A stretch of DNA of 64,000 bases from Octopus vulgaris (Eukaryota). The DNA is taken from the NCBI GenBank assembly GCA_951406725.2, contig OX597840.1, positions 22,196,001 through 22,260,000 of the forward strand, written 5' to 3'. The notes under the pieces are model-generated. The model was not told the DNA's origin. It saw only the letters and a list, made by a program, of their open reading frames with translations, and made no database searches. Made by a program: the position numbers and the translations under genes. Positions 62,378 to 64,000 of this stretch are shown piece after piece (position 1 is the stretch's first letter; each line of letters starts with the position of its first letter).

Positions 62378-64000
62378 GTAAGTACCAGCCATAACACCTC
62401 TCTTTTATTTCTTTTATTTCTTGTGCATCATTCAAGCAAGTAATGCAAGACCATGTACAAATCTGTATTTGTTTTGTGGACAAATGACCGAGACGTTTGG
62501 CAATATGTTGTGCTTGAGAAGAAGAAGACCCATCGATTCTAGTCATGGCAGATACTGGTGGCATGTAAAAGCACCCATTACATTTTGGGAGTGGTTGGCA
62601 TTAGGAAGGGCATCCAGCTGTAGAAACCATGCCAAATCAGACTGGAATCTGGTGCAGCCCCTCAGCTTACCAGCTCTGGTCAAACCATCCAACCCATGCC
62701 AGCATGGACGACAGATGTTAAATGATGATGATGATGGATAGGGTATGCATTGTTTTGGAGTAATTAGAAAAACCTTTACTTATTTATCGCATCCCCTGGC
62801 ATTAGGAAGGAGATCCAGCCATAGAAAGCCTGCCTCAACAGACAGCTGGAGTCTGGACAGTTCCCTGCAAGTCAGCTCCATATCAAACCATCCAACCCAT
62901 TCCAGCATGGAGAGCAGGCAATAAAACGATGATGAGGGGTCACCACTGTGGCCTGTTGCTGGAACTGACCAGTGACCCCACGTATTTTGTGGGGTCACAT
63001 GGCAGACTGTTTAATTGCAAGGAAATGTAATATTTCTGCATTTTCTTTTCCTCTTTTATTTGTTTTAGTCATGTGACTGCAGCCATGCTGGAGCATCACC
63101 TTGAAGGGTTTTAGTCGAACAATTTGACCCTGGGACATATTATTTTCTGAAGCCTAGTACTTATTTTATCGGCCTCTTTTGCCGAACTGCTAAGTTACAA
63201 GGATGTAAACGCATCAACACTGATTATCAAGTTGTGATGGTGGGGACAAACACAGACACACACACACATAGACACATACGTATATATATGATGGGCTTCA
63301 TTCAGTTTCCATCTACCATATCCACTCACAAGGCTTTGGTTGGCCCAAGGCTAGAGTTGAATACCCTTGCCCAAAGTGCCACACAGTGAGACTGAACCTG
63401 GAACTATGTGGTTGGGAAACAAGCTTCTTACCACACAGCCACCCCTGCGCTCAGGAGCCTGACCGGTCAGTATCCGTTTGTGCTGATTGCTATCAAGAAG
63501 TCAAGGATGGATGGATATGGTGAACATTGCCTTGGGGTAACCAAAAAAATCTTTATTTATCGTATCTACTGATACTTTGGCACAGTCACCACCACCAACG
63601 GTTTGTTACTGGAACTTACCTGGGATGCCACATATTTCACACAGTCACATAACATGATGTTTAATTACAAGGAAATATAATATTTTTGGGTTTTTACAAT
63701 ATTTCATAAAAATCGATAAAACTTGGTGCAGTGTTCAGCCTTGCCAGCCCTTGTCAAACCGTCCAACCCATGCCAGGTGGAAAATGGACGTTAAATGATG
63801 ATGACAGGGTCCCGACCGGCTGCTGACAGTTTGTGCTGGTCGCTGATGAGATGTCAAGTGCTCTCTGACTTTATGCTGCTGATTTCCTCCGCAAAATAGG
63901 GATAACAACATCCCTTTGGCGATATATTTTACCTGTTTTATGTTATACTGGCTAGATCCAGCCTTTCATACCTTGCCTACAATGTCATTCTAGAAATTAA

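Noticed and set aside
62927-62970. Box C/D snoRNA-like ATGATGA...CTGA
   Set aside because: The ATGATGA is the (GAT)n tail of an RTE-derived repeat.

Overview
Eukaryotic, AT-rich, SINE/LINE/MITE- and microsatellite-dense animal DNA; the repeat families look like those of Octopus (coleoid cephalopod; taxon is inferred). Two intron-containing protein genes are on the + strand and were assembled by hand from splice signals and intron phases. (1) A complete 8-exon secreted GH18 chitinase-like gene (10159-23091, 379 aa). Its DxxDxDxE motif is intact, it has no chitin-binding domain, and several cleft aromatics are replaced. (2) The first 21 coding exons (645 codons) of MIOS (GATOR2 subunit; 35258-62377), continuing past the window; two of its introns are U12-type (minor spliceosome). 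Nearly all ORFs in the supplied track are microsatellite or transposon noise. The most unusual signal is four sequence-distinct minimal hammerhead-ribozyme motifs of Penelope-element type in introns or next to exons. One is a 91-bp insertion with a 12-bp target-site duplication. Another is a sense-strand GUC hammerhead held between ~100-bp inverted repeats in MIOS intron 3. Relics of CR1-like, RTE and RLE-type LINEs, Tc1 (DD36E spacing), maT/mariner, piggyBac-, hAT-, MULE- and Helentron-like non-autonomous elements and several long fold-back palindromes are also present.
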